Origin: Trichodelitschia bisporula
Lineage: Eukaryota
Direction: 5' to 3'
DNA: 64,000 bases
NCBI GenBank assembly: GCA_010356995.1
Contig: ML996699.1
Span: 216,323-280,322, forward strand
Positions 60,359 through 64,000 of this stretch are shown piece after piece. Made by a program: the position numbers and the translations under genes. The first letter of the stretch is position 1; each line of letters begins with the position of its first letter. The notes below the pieces were generated by a model. That model ran no database searches and was not told the DNA's origin. It saw nothing but the letters and a program-made list of their open reading frames with translations.

Positions 60359-61759
60359 ATGTTTTACACGCTTAGCTGGATCAGTGGCGGGTTCGACAAT
60401 ATCCAGCTCGATATCGTTGGTTTCCTTGCCATCTTGGGAGAGGGCTCGATCGAGGCCAATGCACAAGTCGCAACATTATCCCGAATCATCTACTTGCCTC
60501 GATTACTCCCCGCACCTCAGGCTCTGCTCAGACCGACGCGTCCGTCCAAGCTGGCCCCTATCCCAGGCTATGTGACTGGAATTTATTCTGGAAACTCACG
60601 GGACTATATCAACCACATTGGGAACGTTGTCGTGTAAGTAAGCTCAGGTTCATTCGGAATCGCTGCTGACACAAACAGGGAAGCAGAATCTCTCCCCGAA
60701 TTCTCCGTCAAATGCGTTCAGATCAACAAGCTCCATAAGAAGCAAGCAATAAATAAGAATAAACGTTGGGGAAAGAGACCGTCTGAGGATGTCAAAGCAA
60801 TGGATAAAGATGAAAAGGGGGGGAAGAGGCAGTATGAGGATGTTAAAGCAAACATGTATGGCCCACTTGCGGGGCTAGCTGTTTTCGGATGCATGGAGTC
60901 GTGTGTTCTCCTCAGCCTTTCCTTCTGGAGAAAGGACGGCATGGCCTTGATGGCCACGCTGCTGCTTTCGCTGCTTTCCACCCTCATCGGATTCGGAAAC
61001 AAGTGGGAACTCAAGCTTCCAGAGAGAAAGGACAGTATCGACAACCTTCCTCCCGGCAATCTTGTCATCCGATACCCCAAGGGCAACTTTCTCGTCATCG
61101 AATGCGATGAGAACGTGGCGCGCGAGCTGTTTTTTGCCCCAGAGAACATCAACTACCGGATCGCCAGTCCATGGAAATATCGCATGGTGTCACTTGTGGG
61201 CACTTTAATGCTCATGTTCGGCGTCATCTTCCTGGGTAACGCCACGACTTGGATGCAAGTGGGATTCGCTGTCGCATTCATGCTCCTCAATGCCGCATAC
61301 TGGATCGTCGCTGCCCTGCCATCGAAACTGCACTGGAATACTGCTTGCTACCAGGTGACCGAGCTGGCTTTTGAGAGAATGAAGACCCCTGACGAAGCCG
61401 CGCCGCCGGAGGGGATCAAGCCCAAGTGGGGGGTCGAATACTGTAAAACCTTTACAGAGGCCCTGTGGAAGGTCATCTGTGCCACTAGGAATATTGACTG
61501 GGTCCAGCGCAGTGATGCTGCTCCGAAGACACAGGAATGGGACGATTGGCTACACGAAGCACTGGAAATAGCCAAGAGCGTACCTTCACGGACAGAAAAT
61601 CAACAGCCAGAAAAGCAGCAAACTGAAATTCAACGGGCAAAGAAAAAATGGGCCAAAACCTTGCGGGAAGAAAATGCGAAATTTCAGGTTCCGGCCTGGG
61701 ATCCGAGGAAGGCACTTAAGAAACTCTACAGCGATACGAAAGCGGCCAACTCGGTCTAG
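60359..61759 (+). CDS. Uncharacterised fungal multi-pass membrane protein, 2 exons
   Basis: A clean GTAAGT...CTGAC...CAG intron at about 60634-60678 joins two ORFs in frame. Several hydrophobic segments; motifs LDIVGFLAILGE, LPRLLPAPQALL, GNLVIRYPKGNFLVIECDENVARELF. Confidence 0.8.
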
Positions 61760-62801
61760 GCCCGGCCTGCGGCGACCTGTCTCTGCATTAGATCGTGTTC
61801 TTTGTATGGTTTTTGGATAGAATTCTCTCACCTGGATGGGCGTTCATGAAGTTTGGATAATGATTTTGAAAAGCGTTGAGCGTGTTCTATCATGAAGTAG
61901 CACAATTTTTCGAGAAGCTAGACCTACAATATGGATAGTAGTAGATACCCTTTGGATATTCGATAATCACCACGCTGTTAGGTGTCGTCTGCGTAGCCGG
62001 AGATTTGATGGTATATCAACTCGGGATGATAAATGATGTAATATGACTGTTTCCATGTATTTCCGGCGGTGGCTAAAGGCAGGTCGTCAGAGTCTTGGCC
62101 TGCTTGTGTGACCCAGTGGGTGACTAATTTAAAAGGCAACCTAACCCACGGCACCTCGGAAGAAAGGACGCCCATACACTTCTCCCCTACAATCCATCAT
62201 CGCGCGACCCACAAAGACCACCGACAACATGTCTTATCCTTACGAATACGTTCTGAAAACAGCTATCCAAACTCGCGAAGCATGTCCTGTGAAGATGATC
62301 GTCAGCCGTTTTGGAGGTTGGGCGTGCGCTCACTAGGTCCCTTCCTGGAACCCCGATCTGGACTCTCCGGACACCATGGACCTTCACGAGGACTCTATGG
62401 CCTGCTACGCCAGAACTATTGAGCTTGAATTTGACGACGTCTGCTCCGTGGACGTGAGCCGATATCTCTTTCACCTTATTTTGAACATCTGCGCTCTTTG
62501 CGGTGCGAATACTTGCAAGGCTTGAGCATCACGAGCCAGCTTGTCCGGCCTCAAGAGAGACGCGGGTCGCTTGGCTGGGGGGCATATTGCAGAGCATCCC
62601 GAAGAAGTCTTTGCTGCAGCCTTGCTCTTGTCTGAGTCTGCTCCAAGCCATCTCTCGCCATTCACAATGACACAACACCGGCGCTTGGCGCCTGTCCATC
62701 CGCGGACCTGTAGTTCACAGGTACACATTCACCACTTTTGTCCACCATATCTCTGGCAACGATTGTCGACCTTCAAGTTTGTCTCCTTTCCCAACCACCC
62801 T

Positions 62802-63875
62802 ATGTTCAGCACATACACAACTAAGGCACTGAACGAATCTGCTCCAACCACCTCCACTCCTCCAACCACCTCCACTGTTCCCACTAGGTCCACTGCTTCC
62901 AGATACAGCAGCATATCCAAACGCGCCAATATGCCCTTGTTTGCTGTTAATTACCGGCGCTGGCGGGTCAAGGTATCCAAGGATGAAGTTAGGCAGATGA
63001 CCAAATTCCTCACCAAACGCAACAAAGGCTCAGCTGTGCCGGTTGATGCCCGCCTGGACGAACTAAGTCTGGAACTTGCATGCTCTCTCGACTTCGACCA
63101 TGAACCTGCGCCCCAGGAGCCATCCAAACCAGCCAGGAAGGCGAAATCTGTTCAGTGGGCCGAAGAGCCCAAGAAGTGGTCCCAAGAGAGGTCGAAGGGT
63201 TCTCGGCGTTTGTTCAGTGAAACTGTCATGGGCCGTCATGCGGAAATATTGCTCGCACTCAGAGAGCAGGAATGGGAAGACATCGATGATGGAGTTGACA
63301 GGGAGTGGGACGACGGAAAAGGCTGGGAGGTGGTCAAAGACGACGAGCTCGGGAATCCAGCTGCACCCACTAGGATTCAGGAGAATGTCCACCTTGATGA
63401 AGGATCTCCCAGCGAGCTGGAGGCCTCTTCACACACTCCAGAGCTCGCGAACATCCAAGACCCCGTGCGCACTGTCCAGGAGCCCGAAAGGCCTACCCAG
63501 CTGGTCCATCCTCCTACAAAGCGCGACAAGCCCCTTGCCGAACCGCAGCACCATATCATTACACCTCGGATACTTTCTACGGCAAAGAGCAATGACCGCC
63601 GACGCCCAACGGCTTCTCCAAAAGAACAGGCAACAAGACATCGGCTGTCGATCACCATGAGTGCCTCTCTCACGGGCAACAAACTTGAGCCCACCACTGG
63701 CTACTTCTTCACCAATCCGCTCGCCGTTGCGGCGCGCTCTCTTTCGGAACACTCCTTGGTCATCACCTGGATGAATCTCGGGCCGATAGTGCCGCTCTAC
63801 TATGACGAGTGGGGCGGGTTGTTCGCCCACACGCCCCTTCCCCCAACCTACTTCGACACCCTGGAGATGTTGTAA
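62802..63875 (+). CDS. Hypothetical, largely disordered protein (orphan-like)
   Basis: Open frame 62541-63875, with a plausible ATG at 62802 after a pyrimidine-rich tract. No recognisable domain; start uncertain. Confidence 0.45.
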   Translation: MFSTYTTKALNESAPTTSTPPTTSTVPTRSTASRYSSISKRANMPLFAVNYRRWRVKVSKDEVRQMTKFLTKRNKGSAVPVDARLDELSLELACSLDFDHEPAPQEPSKPARKAKSVQWAEEPKKWSQERSKGSRRLFSETVMGRHAEILLALREQEWEDIDDGVDREWDDGKGWEVVKDDELGNPAAPTRIQENVHLDEGSPSELEASSHTPELANIQDPVRTVQEPERPTQLVHPPTKRDKPLAEPQHHIITPRILSTAKSNDRRRPTASPKEQATRHRLSITMSASLTGNKLEPTTGYFFTNPLAVAARSLSEHSLVITWMNLGPIVPLYYDEWGGLFAHTPLPPTYFDTLEML

Positions 63876-64000
63876 TGAGATTGTTGAGGCGGGGCCAGAT
63901 ATCAGAGCTTCCGGCGATACGCCTTTAGCGGCGCCCTGTTCTCGGCTCGCGTCAAAGCAGCCCTTGGATGGTCGAGTTGAGAGAGGGCATGTGGAGGAAT

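Overview
This is eukaryotic DNA from a filamentous ascomycete (Pezizomycotina, inferred from short GT-AG introns with CTRAC-type branch points and fungal housekeeping orthologues). The window is gene-dense and fairly GC-rich, with about 24 protein-coding genes and one tRNA-Asp(GTC). In order: secretory LIP lipase, Dbf4/NimO, ATG12, panB/ECM31, UBC8, a calpain, HSE1, tRNA-Asp, a KH-KH-CVNH fusion gene, an ArAE/FUSC-type transporter, an EamA transporter, Rab7/YPT7, a PPPDE-thioredoxin-PUL protein, GDA1, a DUF4598-like protein, an eIF4E-family protein, an EF-hand protein, a DUF1264 protein, PRM10/ThrE, group I G-alpha (FadA/GNA1), PSD2, an ADGF-type deaminase, an unknown membrane protein and an orphan ORF. 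I found no CRISPR array, rRNA or intact transposon. The strongest observations are: (1) an intronless chimeric gene joining two tandemly duplicated KH RNA-binding domains to a cyanovirin-N-like lectin, next to the tRNA; (2) a UBC8 gene whose frame I could restore only with a single-nucleotide exon, alongside 3-nt and 8-nt microexons; (3) a deaminase with Asp-to-Asn changes at two substrate-contact motifs, head-to-head with an uncharacterised membrane protein; (4) a lipase with a cationic APK-repeat tail; (5) kb-scale C/A-rich to G/T-rich switches and frequent AAG splice acceptors. All gene models were spliced by eye and all family calls come from recalled motifs; no searches were run.
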